From: Corallococcus soli
GTDB lineage: Bacteria > Myxococcota > Myxococcia > Myxococcales > Myxococcaceae
Reading direction: 5' to 3'
Length of the DNA stretch: 64,000 nt
Assembly (NCBI RefSeq): GCF_014930455.1
Contig: NZ_JAAIYO010000008.1
Location: forward strand, 32,367-96,366
Made by a program: the position numbers and the translations under genes. Under the pieces are notes generated by a model, which saw only the letters and a program-made list of their open reading frames with translations, ran no database searches and was not told the DNA's origin. Below are positions 9,240-18,480 of the stretch, in pieces. Each line of letters begins with the position of its first letter. The stretch's first letter is position 1.

Positions 9240-10514
9240 TCAGTGGAGCGTCGGCTTGGGGGGACGGCCTGCCAGGTGCTCGGCGTCCACTTCCTGCTCG
9301 CCGCTGGCGGACTCCGGCTCCTCGTCGCCCGGCTCGAAGGACTCGGACACCTCCGGCGCGCCGGTGCTGGACTCCAGCGCCTCCGGGGCACCTTCCAGGG
9401 CTTCCGGGCGCGAGGAGGGAGCGGCCGGGTTGGGCGTGGCGCCGGGCCACTCCGGCCAGGTGAGAGCGGAGGGGGAGCCGGGCTCGCTGCCGTCCGGGGA
9501 CACCGGCCCGGCGGCGCGGGCGGCGGCGAGCAGGCGCAGCGCGGCGTCCTCGGCGGCGTCCTCCGCGGCCAGCTCCGTCATCCGCGCGGACTTCTGCCAC
9601 ATCCGGCGCGCGAAGGCGGCCACGCACAGGGCGGAGGCGGCCAGCCACAGGAGCGCGGAGCTGGTGGTGAGCGGCAGCCAGCCGTACCGGGCCGCCAGGC
9701 CTTCACGCCAGTCCTGCTCCTCCAGCAGCAGCGACGTGCGGAAGGCCTTGCCGAAGGCCTGCTCGAAGGGCTCACCCGCGCGCACGCCGTCCACCAGCAG
9801 GCCCATGGCCTGGGGGCCGTGCTTCCCGGTGAGATAGGCCACGAAGGCGGCGCTCTGCGCGTAGGCGATCTCCACGTCCGCGGGCACGTCCGGCCAGTCC
9901 TCGGCCAGGTCCTCGAAGTGGAAGACGCGCTCCTGCGTCACGGCGCGGAAGAGGGCGGTGTAGTGGGCGACGGAGTAGCGCTCGTCGGTGAGGTTCTGCG
10001 CCACGCCCTCCTGGAACCAGCGGGGCCACTCCTTCGCCAGCTGCCCCAGCGCCACGTGCGCCAGCTCGTGCCGCAGCGTGGTGGGGCCCTGCGTGTCGCT
10101 CAGGCTGAGCGCGTCCAGGAGGATGATTTGGTGGCCAGGGTAGGCGAGCGCCACCGCCCAGCCCGGGGGCTTTCCGCCGGGGAGGGCCAGGGCCTCGAAC
10201 TCCTGGCGGCCCACGCCCAGGCGGATCTCCGTGGTGCCCGGCCAGTCGCGCCCGAGCATCGCGCCGAAGCCGTCCCGCACGCCCTCAATCTGCTGGGCCA
10301 GCGCCCGGGCCGCGCCCGCCGCCTTCTCCGTGTGCACGATGACGAAGCGCTTCGTGCGCAGCTCCCCGGTGGCCAGCGCGGGCCGGGCATGGGGCACGAG
10401 CGCGGCGTCGGTGACGACGGCCTCCTGGGTGTGGATTCCACGCGGACCCTCTCCTTGCGCGAACGCCTGGGGCGAGGCCAGCAGCATCATCAGGACAGCG
10501 AACAGGCGGAGCAT
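9240..10514 (-). CDS. secreted peptidase MA-like zinc-metalloprotease-fold protein with C-terminal TM anchor and acidic tail
   Basis: Signal peptide MLRLFAVLMMLLASPQAFAQ is present. HExxH appears as TLRHELAHVALG with a downstream Glu. A hydrophobic helix (SSALLWLAASALCVAAFA) is followed by an acidic, Pro-rich C-terminus. The ATG at 10514 is preferred over the GTG at 10526. Confidence 0.6.
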   Translation of the reverse strand: MLRLFAVLMMLLASPQAFAQGEGPRGIHTQEAVVTDAALVPHARPALATGELRTKRFVIVHTEKAAGAARALAQQIEGVRDGFGAMLGRDWPGTTEIRLGVGRQEFEALALPGGKPPGWAVALAYPGHQIILLDALSLSDTQGPTTLRHELAHVALGQLAKEWPRWFQEGVAQNLTDERYSVAHYTALFRAVTQERVFHFEDLAEDWPDVPADVEIAYAQSAAFVAYLTGKHGPQAMGLLVDGVRAGEPFEQAFGKAFRTSLLLEEQDWREGLAARYGWLPLTTSSALLWLAASALCVAAFARRMWQKSARMTELAAEDAAEDAALRLLAAARAAGPVSPDGSEPGSPSALTWPEWPGATPNPAAPSSRPEALEGAPEALESSTGAPEVSESFEPGDEEPESASGEQEVDAEHLAGRPPKPTLH

Positions 10515-10522
10515 GCGTGGCC

Positions 10523-10822
10523 TCACGGTCCACCAGAGATAACAGCCTCCACCGCCGGCGCATCAACCCCCTGCACCTTCAATCGCTTACGGCGCGACGT
10601 GTCACCCGCCGTGAGGGTCACCTGCCGCTTGGGCACACCCAGCTTCTTGGCGATGAATTCCAACAGGGCGGCATTTGCTTCGCCATCCACCGGGGGGGCC
10701 GCGAGCTGGATCTTCAACTGGCCGTCGTGTTCGCCCACCACCTTCGTGCGCGATGCACGGGGTTGGACGAGCACCGTCAGCTCCACGCCCTCCGGTATGG
10801 TTTTCAACCAGGGGGCGGTCAC
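10523..10822 (-). CDS. DUF167 / YggU family protein
   Basis: The 99 aa protein contains LKIQLAAPPVDGEANAALLEFIAKKLGVPKRQVTL, typical of UPF0235/YggU. Its stop overlaps the start of the downstream gene. Confidence 0.8.
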   Translation of the reverse strand: MTAPWLKTIPEGVELTVLVQPRASRTKVVGEHDGQLKIQLAAPPVDGEANAALLEFIAKKLGVPKRQVTLTAGDTSRRKRLKVQGVDAPAVEAVISGGP

Positions 10823-10828
10823 GGAGGG

Positions 10829-11356
10829 CTAGTCGTTGGAGGTGGCCTTCTTCTGGGTCAGGAACGCGACATTGTCCTCGACGCGCGCGTAGTCGCGGTC
10901 CGCGAAGGAGGGCGCGGCGAACGTCTCCAGCAGCTTGCGGTGGGCCTCCACCACGGAGCGCACCTGGGATTCGAACTGGGTGCGCTGGCGCTTGAGCTCG
11001 TTGATGTCCTCCACCACCTGCACCAGCCGCTGGTGGGCACCGTGGACGATCTTCTCCGCCTGGTGCTCCGCGTCCGCGATGACGATCTCCGCTTCCTTCT
11101 TCGCGGCGTCCTTCAGGTCCTCGCTGATGCGCTGCGCGGTGACCATCGTCTCCTGGAGGGTGCGCTCGCGCTCCTGGTGTTGCTCGAGCTTGTGTTGCGT
11201 GCGCTTCAGCTCCTCCTTGAGCGCGATGTTCTCCTTCACCACCTCCTCGAACTCACCGGCAATCAATTCCAGGTACGCGCTCACTTCGGGACGCGCGAAG
11301 CCGCGCATCACCGTCTCGAAGCGCTTCTGCCGGATGTCGAGCGGGGTGATCTTCAT
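10829..11356 (-). CDS. divIVA: DivIVA domain cell-division protein
   Basis: The N-terminus MKITPLDIRQKRFETVMRGFARPEV is the canonical DivIVA lipid-binding domain. A coiled-coil fills the rest. Confidence 0.85.
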   Translation of the reverse strand: MKITPLDIRQKRFETVMRGFARPEVSAYLELIAGEFEEVVKENIALKEELKRTQHKLEQHQERERTLQETMVTAQRISEDLKDAAKKEAEIVIADAEHQAEKIVHGAHQRLVQVVEDINELKRQRTQFESQVRSVVEAHRKLLETFAAPSFADRDYARVEDNVAFLTQKKATSND

Positions 11357-11437
11357 GCGCGCCAGTCTAACCCATACACGCGCGCACTCCAGGAATCGGC
11401 CCGCCCGTGGGAGGGCAGGCGAGCAGGCAGGCGTGTC

Positions 11438-12022
11438 TCAGGGCGTCGCGGCCGCGGGGGCTTCCCACTGCGACGCCACGGAGCGCGCGGCGTTCTGCAC
11501 CGCGTAGCCCACGCGGCTGTCGGCGGCCACGTCCTGCACGGCGCGCCGGGCGGTGGGGGTGCGCTGGTAGAGCAGTCCCCCCAGCGCCTGGATCTTCAGC
11601 GCATCCGGCAGGCGCGGGTGGCGCACGACGTTGCCCAGAATCTCCTCCGCGCGGCGGTGCTGGAAGAGCGCCACCGCGCGCAGCGCCGCCTGCTGGATGC
11701 GGGGGTTGGGGTCCCAGATGAGCGCGGCCAGCGGATCCAGGGCGCGCGCATCTCCCAGGAGCGCCAGGTCCTCGATGGCGAGCGTCCTGAGCTCCTCCGG
11801 CGCCGGCTCCGCGGCCCACAGCAGTCCCCGCAGGAGGGCGGCGTCGGCGGGGCTCGCGTTCGCGGACGCCGGAGCGGGCCGGGCGGACGCGGGCTTCTCC
11901 ACGCCCTGCTTCTCCGAGCCTTGCTTCTCCGAGCCCTGTTTCAGGGGCGCCCGGGACGGGGCCTGGGCATGCGCGACGGGGGGCAGCAGCAGCAGGGCGG
12001 CGGCGGCGAGGAGCGGACGCAT
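11438..12022 (-). CDS. secreted HEAT-repeat protein
   Basis: Signal peptide MRPLLAAAALLLLPPVAHA is present. A short KQGSEKQGSEKQGVEK repeat is followed by HEAT/PBS-type repeats (DPNPRIQQAALRAVAL). Confidence 0.6.
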   Translation of the reverse strand: MRPLLAAAALLLLPPVAHAQAPSRAPLKQGSEKQGSEKQGVEKPASARPAPASANASPADAALLRGLLWAAEPAPEELRTLAIEDLALLGDARALDPLAALIWDPNPRIQQAALRAVALFQHRRAEEILGNVVRHPRLPDALKIQALGGLLYQRTPTARRAVQDVAADSRVGYAVQNAARSVASQWEAPAAATP

Positions 12023-12168
12023 GGCCCGTGTTCTACCCGAATCCCGACATCCCGGCAGCGCGGCGGCGCACCCCCCTGGGTCGGCGGCGACATTTTCTTG
12101 ACGGGATCGCCGGACGTGGGAGGTTGCCGCTGCTACAGGCGTGTTGCGAAACGGAGAGCGAAGACATC

Positions 12169-12684
12169 ATGGGTGCGGCGGTCGCGAGCTGGCAGACGCT
12201 GGAGAATGTCGAAGTGGAGTGCACCCACTGCGGCGTCATGATGACCCTTCAGCCGGGCAACCGGGTGAAGTACTTCCGGTGCGGCTCATGCCACCGCTGG
12301 GTGTCCAGCACCTACAGCGAGGTGTTCCGCGCGGACGCGAAGATGCGCACGCACCCGGTGAAGGACACCGCGGACGCGGACGCGCGCTTCGTGGAGGTGA
12401 AGGACCGCCTGGACAAGTGGCTCAGCGCCGTCCAGGAGCAGTGCCCGTACCAGACGATGGGCGTCTCGCCGTTGGATCCGCCGGACGTGGTGCGCGCGCG
12501 CTTCCACGCGCTGGCCCTGGAGCGGCACCCGGACCGGGGCGGCTCCGCGGAGCAGATGCGGGAGCTCAACGCGGCCTACGAGCGCATCCTCAAGCACCGT
12601 CAGCGCAAGCGGCTGGAGGCGCTGTCGTCGGGCACGTCCACGCGCGCGGCCCCCACGTCCGTCCTGCCCGCGCGCAGCAGGTAG
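12169..12684 (+). CDS. J-domain (DnaJ-like) protein with N-terminal CxxC zinc ribbon
   Basis: The ribbon is CTHCG...CGSCH. The J-domain follows (YQTMGVSPLDPPDVVRARFHALALERHPDRGG with the HPD motif). ATG is at 12169. Confidence 0.65.
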   Translation: MGAAVASWQTLENVEVECTHCGVMMTLQPGNRVKYFRCGSCHRWVSSTYSEVFRADAKMRTHPVKDTADADARFVEVKDRLDKWLSAVQEQCPYQTMGVSPLDPPDVVRARFHALALERHPDRGGSAEQMRELNAAYERILKHRQRKRLEALSSGTSTRAAPTSVLPARSR

Positions 12685-13610
12685 AGCCAGAAGAGCGCCC
12701 CCAGTGAGAGGCCCAGCCCCACCTTGGCCCAGGTGGGGAAGAAGTCGCCCGGGGAGATGAAGCCCTCCACCACGCCGATGCCGGCGAGGAAGGGCGCGCA
12801 GCCCACCACCAGCTTCACCGCCTCGCGCCCCCGCATCTGGAGCGCCTGCGTGCGCGGCAGCTCCCCCGGGTCGATGAGCGCCTGGCCCACCATCAGGCCC
12901 GCTCCGCCGGAGATGACGATGATGGACAGCTCCACGGGCCCGTGCGCGGCGATGAAGTCCAGGAAGCCCACCGCCATGCCCTCGCGGAAGCACAGCGCGC
13001 CCACCGCGCCAATGAGCACCCCGTTGTTCACGAGCGTGAAGACGGGCCCCACGCCCAGCAGGATGCCGGACGCGAACGCGAACAGCGTGACGGTGAGGTT
13101 GTTGGTCGCGATGCCGGAGGCCACCGCGTTGGGCGGCGCCACCGACAACAGGTCGTCCGTCCACATGCGCCCCTGCGCCACGTAGCGCCGCACGCCCTCC
13201 GGCACCAGCAGCTCCGCGCCGCGCGGCTCCAGCAGCACCACCAGCGCGCCCAGCACCAGCCCCAGCACCAGCAGCCCCGCGCTCACCCCCACGAAGCGCG
13301 CCTCCCTGCGCAGGGTGGCCGGGAAGTCGCGCCGGAAGAAGTCGCGCGTGGAGGCCCAGCGCTCGCGGGGCGGCTGGTAGATGGCGCCGTAGGCCTGCCC
13401 GCAGAGCTGGTTGAGGAAGCGGTGCGCGTCCGTGCCCGGGTAGAACGTCTGCGCCTGCGCCAGGTCCGACGCCGCGCGCCGGTACAGCGTGTCCAACCGC
13501 CGCAGTTCCTCCAGCCGCAGCCGGCCCGAGCGCTGGCGCGTCAGCAGGGCCTGGAGCGCGTCCCAGTCCGGACGGCGGCGGGAGACGAAGGCGGGCAGGG
13601 GGCTGGCCAT
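12600..13610 (-). CDS. SpoIIM-like / DUF95 family integral membrane protein
   Basis: Multiple TM helices are present with the conserved NNLTVTLFAFASGILLG...HGPVELSIIVISGGAGL pattern of the stage II sporulation protein M family. The ATG at 13610 sits 1 nt after the stop of the upstream RDD gene. Confidence 0.7.
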   Translation of the reverse strand: MASPLPAFVSRRRPDWDALQALLTRQRSGRLRLEELRRLDTLYRRAASDLAQAQTFYPGTDAHRFLNQLCGQAYGAIYQPPRERWASTRDFFRRDFPATLRREARFVGVSAGLLVLGLVLGALVVLLEPRGAELLVPEGVRRYVAQGRMWTDDLLSVAPPNAVASGIATNNLTVTLFAFASGILLGVGPVFTLVNNGVLIGAVGALCFREGMAVGFLDFIAAHGPVELSIIVISGGAGLMVGQALIDPGELPRTQALQMRGREAVKLVVGCAPFLAGIGVVEGFISPGDFFPTWAKVGLGLSLGALFWLYLLRAGRTDVGAARVDVPDDSASSRLR

Positions 13611-13611
13611 G

Positions 13612-14385
13612 TCAGTGGGCCGCCTGGGCGCGGTGGCGCAGGAAGGCCTCCGTGGCCTCGGGGGACTCAAGCACCCGCGCGCGCTCCTCCTCCGTCAGCG
13701 CGGCGCCCACCCGGTCCACCAGCCGCGCCCCCAGCCGCTGGCGCACGTCCTTCTCCAGCCCGGGCGCGCGCGCCAGGAAGGCCAGCACCAGCTCCACGTC
13801 CTCCGCGCCCAGCGGGCGCTGCACGGAGGCGGGCTCCCGCGCGGGTCCGGCGGGCCCGGGGCCCTGCGTGTACTTGTCCAGGTCGATGGCCTCCTCGCGC
13901 ACCAGCACGGTGCCCGCGAGCAGGTCCCCCAGCCGGCGGTGCCGCGCGTCCAGCAGCATGGTGATGCACCCGGTCGCATACATCACCGGCAGGAAGTCCA
14001 CGGCCCGGCACAGGTTGCGCACGGCGCTTTCAAAGAAGCCCACCGGCGAGCCATCCTCGCGCACCACGCGGATCCGCAGCGCGCGTTTGCCCGGTGTCTG
14101 TCCATGGAAGAAGACCTCCGCCAGCGTCCAATACAGCCATTGCGTGGCGAAGAGGCCCACCGCCAGCAGCGTCTGCACCAGCCCCGACAGGGCCTGGAAC
14201 GCGCCCAGCACGTCGGAGACGAGCAGCGTGACGACGAAGTAGAGCGCCACCCAGAAGAAGAACAGCAGACTGGCATCCACCGCCCACGCCAGGCAGCGGT
14301 AGCCGATGCCGGCCACGGGCAGGGAGAGGGCCACCCGTTCAGGCGTGGCGACGTCGACATGGGGTGCGGGAGCGGAGGGAGTCAT
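13612..14385 (-). CDS. RDD family membrane protein
   Basis: The RDD-type core is RCLAWAVDASLLFFFWV...LRIRVVREDG...RRLGDLLAGT. The TGA-C-ATG junction with the SpoIIM-like gene indicates an operon. Confidence 0.75.
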   Translation of the reverse strand: MTPSAPAPHVDVATPERVALSLPVAGIGYRCLAWAVDASLLFFFWVALYFVVTLLVSDVLGAFQALSGLVQTLLAVGLFATQWLYWTLAEVFFHGQTPGKRALRIRVVREDGSPVGFFESAVRNLCRAVDFLPVMYATGCITMLLDARHRRLGDLLAGTVLVREEAIDLDKYTQGPGPAGPAREPASVQRPLGAEDVELVLAFLARAPGLEKDVRQRLGARLVDRVGAALTEEERARVLESPEATEAFLRHRAQAAH

Positions 14386-14866
14386 GCGCGTGGGACGCAC
14401 AGCATACGCGCATCTGCGTCCAGGTCGTGTCCTCGTCGCGATGTGTTCCGCCAACGCCCCGGAGCCAAAACAGCGCGCGAAACATCAAATGGTGGACGCA
14501 AGGGCCTGTCCCGGAGAGGACAGCGATCACGACCTGACGGACGAGGCCCTGGATTTCGGTTCAACTCGTGCGCAATTGACAGTCCCGACAAAGCCGGTTC
14601 GCATGTGACGGCGGATGGTGTTAGGGTCTTGGTTGGCTGGAATTGCCTGAAGTGAAAAAGGAGGAACGGCCCCACGGGGCCCGTTCGACAGTCGCAAGCG
14701 CAGTCCGCAGTGCAGCACGGACAAGACCCCCGGATGGAGTTGAAGCGCGGTTCTCGCACGCTCAGCACTGGCGGAAGTTCCGCCGCGGTTCCACCGACTC
14801 CGGGGCAGGTTGCAGTCGACAGGTAGTCTTGAAAGCAATTCGCCACGACGGCTGGGGGGCCATCGC

Positions 14867-15553
14867 ATGGCAGCGAATCAATCCGCAGTTCGTATTTCGA
14901 TTCTCGAAGGACCTTGGGCGGCCTGGCAGGGCCTTTCCGATGGGCTTCGAGGTGAGGGTCATTCCACTTCGGTGACGCGCGACGTGCGCGGCTTCCTGGA
15001 CGGGCTTGGTACGGATCCGCCGCAGGTGGCCATTCTGGACGTGGAGAGTGATGGCGAAGCCGCCATCGGCTGCTCCGTGACGGAAGGGCTCAACCTGCTG
15101 CGCGAAGCCCGCAAGCGCAGACTGGAAGTCCGCATGCTGCTCCTGTCCGCGGTGAGCACGCCGGAGGTCATCTCCCAGTGCTTCGACGAGGGGGCCTCGG
15201 GCTACCTCTTCCGCGCGGGTCTGGGCGTCAATGCCGTCTCTTCCGCGGTCCAGTCGCTGGTGAGGGGCGAGCGCCTCTTCCCCGTGCAACTGCTGCGCAA
15301 TGACTTCGAGCATCCGCCGGTGACTTCACCCACGGCGAGCGTGCTGCTGCTGCTCACGCAGCGGGAGCGCGAGGTGCTCGCGTACGTGGCGGGAGGCGCG
15401 GACAACCTGAAGATCGCCGCGCACCTGCAGATCGCCGAACGCACCGTGAAGTCACACGTCACGCAGCTCTACCGCAAACTCGGGGCGGAGAATCGCACCC
15501 AGCTTGCCCTGCGCGCCTGCCACCTGGGCGTCAGGCCTCCGCCGGACCTCTAG
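14867..15553 (+). CDS. LuxR/FixJ-family response regulator (atypical receiver + LuxR HTH)
   Basis: The C-terminal LuxR HTH is LTQREREVLAYVAGGADNLKIAAHLQIAERTVKSHVTQLYRKLG. The N-terminus has a receiver-like fold. ATG is at 14867. Confidence 0.75.
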   Translation: MAANQSAVRISILEGPWAAWQGLSDGLRGEGHSTSVTRDVRGFLDGLGTDPPQVAILDVESDGEAAIGCSVTEGLNLLREARKRRLEVRMLLLSAVSTPEVISQCFDEGASGYLFRAGLGVNAVSSAVQSLVRGERLFPVQLLRNDFEHPPVTSPTASVLLLLTQREREVLAYVAGGADNLKIAAHLQIAERTVKSHVTQLYRKLGAENRTQLALRACHLGVRPPPDL

Positions 15554-15627
15554 GCTTCAGACAGAGGGACGGCCCACCCTCCCCGACACAACGGGGAGGG
15601 AGTACGGCGGTCGGACAGGGGCGGCCT

Positions 15628-15849
15628 TCAGTTCTTGCGGGCCGCTTCTTCCATCTTCTTGCGGAGGCTCAGCGGACGCATGTCCGTCCAGACCTCCTTG
15701 ATGTACTCCAGGCACTCGGCCTTGAGGCCCTGCTTGCCGGCGTCCTTCCAGCCCAGCGCGTTCTCGCGGTCGGCCGGCCAGATGGAGTACTGCTCTTCGT
15801 GGTTCACGACGACCTTGTAAACGGTCGTGTCTTCGCGCTCGTCGCTCAT
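15628..15849 (-). CDS. MbtH-like protein
   Basis: The 73 aa protein has the MbtH signature [26 protein letters not shown] (conserved SxWP and Trp residues). Confidence 0.8.
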   Translation of the reverse strand: MSDEREDTTVYKVVVNHEEQYSIWPADRENALGWKDAGKQGLKAECLEYIKEVWTDMRPLSLRKKMEEAARKN

Positions 15850-16028
15850 GGGGTGACTCCTCCAGGGGACCCCTTTCGTCGCACACCCGGGGAAAAGCGG
15901 TCAAGGTCGGGCGAGGTCATGTTTCACACGACCTCCCGGGGAGGGGGGCGTGCCCGCCCGCCCGCCGGGGGCCCGCCCGGAATCCGGGGCCGTGACACAT
16001 GGGGTGGGTGGCACGGATACTCGGCCGC

Positions 16029-17036
16029 ATGCGCTTCATGAAGAACGGTATCGCCGGTGTCCTGCTCCTCGTCGGAGGCGCCTGGGCCGCGCTGGCGCTG
16101 GCCCTCACGGGGGCGGGACCGGAAGGGGCCCACCCGCTCCGGGCCCTCCTGGCCGTGGCCCTGGTGGGCGCTGGGGTGGCCGCCTGGTGGTGGCGTTCGC
16201 GGCGCTGGGGCGTGGCGGTGGTGCTGGCGGGCTGCGCGGCCGTGTATGGCTGGGTGCGCATGGAGCAGCCCTCCAACACGCGGGACTGGGCCCCGGACCT
16301 GGCGCGGGCGCCGTGGGCGGAAATCGCGGGCTCGCGGGTGACGCTCCACGAGGTGCGCGACTTCCGCTACCGCAGCACCACGGACTGGGACCCCGCCTGG
16401 TACACGGCCACCTACGACACGGAGGCGCTCACGGGGGCGTCGTTCATCGTGGAGCCCTTCTCCGGGTTCTACGGCGCGGCGCACACCATGGTGTCCTTCA
16501 GCTTCCAGGACGGCCGCCACGTGGTGTTCTCCGTGGAGGTGCGCCGGGAGAAGGGGGAGACGTTCTCCGCGGTGGGTGGCCTGTTCCGCCGCTTCGAGCT
16601 GGCCTACGTCGTGGGCGACGAGCGGGACCTCATCCAGCTGCGCTCCAACTTCCGCCACGACGACGTGTACCTGTACCCGGTGCAGGCGTCGAAGGAGCGC
16701 ATCACCGCGTTCTTCCTGGACATGGTGCAGCGGATGAACGGGCTGCACGCGGCGCCGGAGTTCTACGACACGCTCACCAGCAACTGCACCACCAACCTGG
16801 TGCGCCACTTCGAGAAGGTGGCCACGAAGGACGTGCCGTATGATCACCGCACGCTGATGCCCGCGTTCGCGGACGCGCTCGCATACGAGCTGGGCATCAT
16901 CGACACGGACGTGCCGCTGGAGCAGGTCCGCGCGCGCTACCACATCAACGCGCGCGCCCTGGCGGCGCAGGGGCAGGACGACTTCTCCCAGCGCATCCGC
17001 GCGCCCCTGGCCACCGCCACCGCCCCGGCGCCGTGA
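16029..17036 (+). CDS. membrane-anchored DUF4105-like protein
   Basis: An N-terminal TM region is followed by a conserved domain (NTRDWAPDLA...FRYRS...LTSNCTTNLV). The assignment to DUF4105 is from memory. An alternative upstream start lies at 15999. Confidence 0.5.
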   Translation: MRFMKNGIAGVLLLVGGAWAALALALTGAGPEGAHPLRALLAVALVGAGVAAWWWRSRRWGVAVVLAGCAAVYGWVRMEQPSNTRDWAPDLARAPWAEIAGSRVTLHEVRDFRYRSTTDWDPAWYTATYDTEALTGASFIVEPFSGFYGAAHTMVSFSFQDGRHVVFSVEVRREKGETFSAVGGLFRRFELAYVVGDERDLIQLRSNFRHDDVYLYPVQASKERITAFFLDMVQRMNGLHAAPEFYDTLTSNCTTNLVRHFEKVATKDVPYDHRTLMPAFADALAYELGIIDTDVPLEQVRARYHINARALAAQGQDDFSQRIRAPLATATAPAP

Positions 17037-17054
17037 GGGCGCGGGCCCGCCGTC

Positions 17055-17801
17055 TCAGGTGCCGGTGGTCTTCAGGTTGCTCTGGAGGAAGCGCTCGTAG
17101 TGGCCCTCCAGCGCGGTGAAGTAGCCGCGCTCCTCCCACAGCTCCTGGAGGAGCCGGTCGGTGAGGGACTTCACCTCCGCGCTCTCGCCCTCGCGGTCGG
17201 GCACGCGGGGGCCCTTCTTCGGATCCAGCAGGGCGCGGGTGGCCTCGGCCATCAGCAGCCGGCTGCTGCGGAAGAGGCGGCGCAGGGCCTGGTTGATGGG
17301 GCGGGCATCCACCTGCTGGCAGGCGGCGAGGATGGCGGCCTGCACCTTCCGGGGCGCGTCCCCCTGGAGGGAGGTGGCGTCCAGGTCGCCGCGCTCCAGG
17401 GCGTGGTGCAGCAGGTAGCCGTGGTGCAGGCACGCGGAGGTGAGGTCCACGCAGTCCTTCACCCAGAGGACGAAGAAGACCTTGCGGAACACCTTGCGCA
17501 CCGGGAACAGGGCCACGGCCTTCAGATAGGACATGAGCCGTCCGCCCAGGCTGCGGGCCTCGTTGGAGCCGGCCAGCAGCTCCACGGCCTTGTCCGGGGC
17601 CTTGAGGCCCCGCTCCTTGAGCTGGTCGCGCACGGCCTGCTCGCGCACCTGGCGCAGGGCGTAGTCGTCCAGGAAGGGCACGGGGATGAGCGGCGTGAGG
17701 CCGGCCGCCACGGCGTGGAAGGCCACGCGGGCGAGCGAGGGCGGCACGGCGTTCGGCGGGGGCGGGGCACGGGAGGTGGAGTCGGCCATGGCGCTGTTCA
17801 T
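17055..17801 (-). CDS. hypothetical protein
   Basis: A 248-codon ORF starting MNSAMADSTSR with GC3-rich codons. It is divergent from the YdeI-like gene. Confidence 0.45.
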   Translation of the reverse strand: MNSAMADSTSRAPPPPNAVPPSLARVAFHAVAAGLTPLIPVPFLDDYALRQVREQAVRDQLKERGLKAPDKAVELLAGSNEARSLGGRLMSYLKAVALFPVRKVFRKVFFVLWVKDCVDLTSACLHHGYLLHHALERGDLDATSLQGDAPRKVQAAILAACQQVDARPINQALRRLFRSSRLLMAEATRALLDPKKGPRVPDREGESAEVKSLTDRLLQELWEERGYFTALEGHYERFLQSNLKTTGT

Positions 17802-17898
17802 AACCGCTTCCGCTCCGGCTGCCTTCCGCCGGTAGAGTGCCGGGCAGGCTTTTGTCGGCGGGAGTGTCCTGAACCCCGCCCCGTGGAGGGATGGCCGG

Positions 17899-18480
17899 AT
17901 GAAGGCGAAGCAGGAGCTGCCCGTCGTACCGTTCGCGTCGCAGCAGGCGTGGGAGACGTGGCTGGAGAAGCACCACACTGACGCGCCCGGGCTGTGGATG
18001 AAGCTCGCGAAGGTGGACTCGGGCATCGCGTCCGTGACGTATGCCCAGGCCCTGGACGTGGCGCTCTGCTACGGCTGGATCGACGGGCAGAAGGACGCGT
18101 TCGACGCGCAGTACTGGCTCCAGCGCTTCACGCCCCGGGGTCCCCGGAGCCGGTGGTCGAAGATCAACTGCGGCAAGGTGGACGTGCTCGTCGCCGCCGG
18201 GCGGATGCGGTCCGCGGGCCTGCGCGAGGTGGAGGCGGCCCGGGCGGATGGCCGGTGGGAGGCGGCGTACGCGGGGGCGAAGGACATCGTCGTCCCGGAG
18301 GACCTCCTGCGCGCGCTGGACGCGAACCCCAAGGCGAAGGCGTTCTTCGCCACGCTCAAGAGCGCCAACCGCTACGCCATCCTGTACCGGCTCCACGACG
18401 CGAAGAAGCCGGAGACCCGCGTGCGCCGGCTGGAGAAGTTCGTCGCCATGCTCGAAGCCGGCGAGACGCTCCACGGCTGA
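17899..18480 (+). CDS. YdeI/OmpD-associated (bacteriocin-protection) family protein
   Basis: The C-terminus ANRYAILYRLHDAKKPETRVRRLEKFVAML is typical of the PF13376 family. The N-terminus has a DUF1905-like region. Confidence 0.65.
   Translation: MKAKQELPVVPFASQQAWETWLEKHHTDAPGLWMKLAKVDSGIASVTYAQALDVALCYGWIDGQKDAFDAQYWLQRFTPRGPRSRWSKINCGKVDVLVAAGRMRSAGLREVEAARADGRWEAAYAGAKDIVVPEDLLRALDANPKAKAFFATLKSANRYAILYRLHDAKKPETRVRRLEKFVAMLEAGETLHG

Noticed and set aside
12600-12684. 85-nt overlap might indicate the SpoIIM-like gene is spurious
   Set aside because: The SpoIIM-like ORF has clear multi-TM family features and a coupled start with the RDD gene. The J-domain ORF tail is the less certain part.
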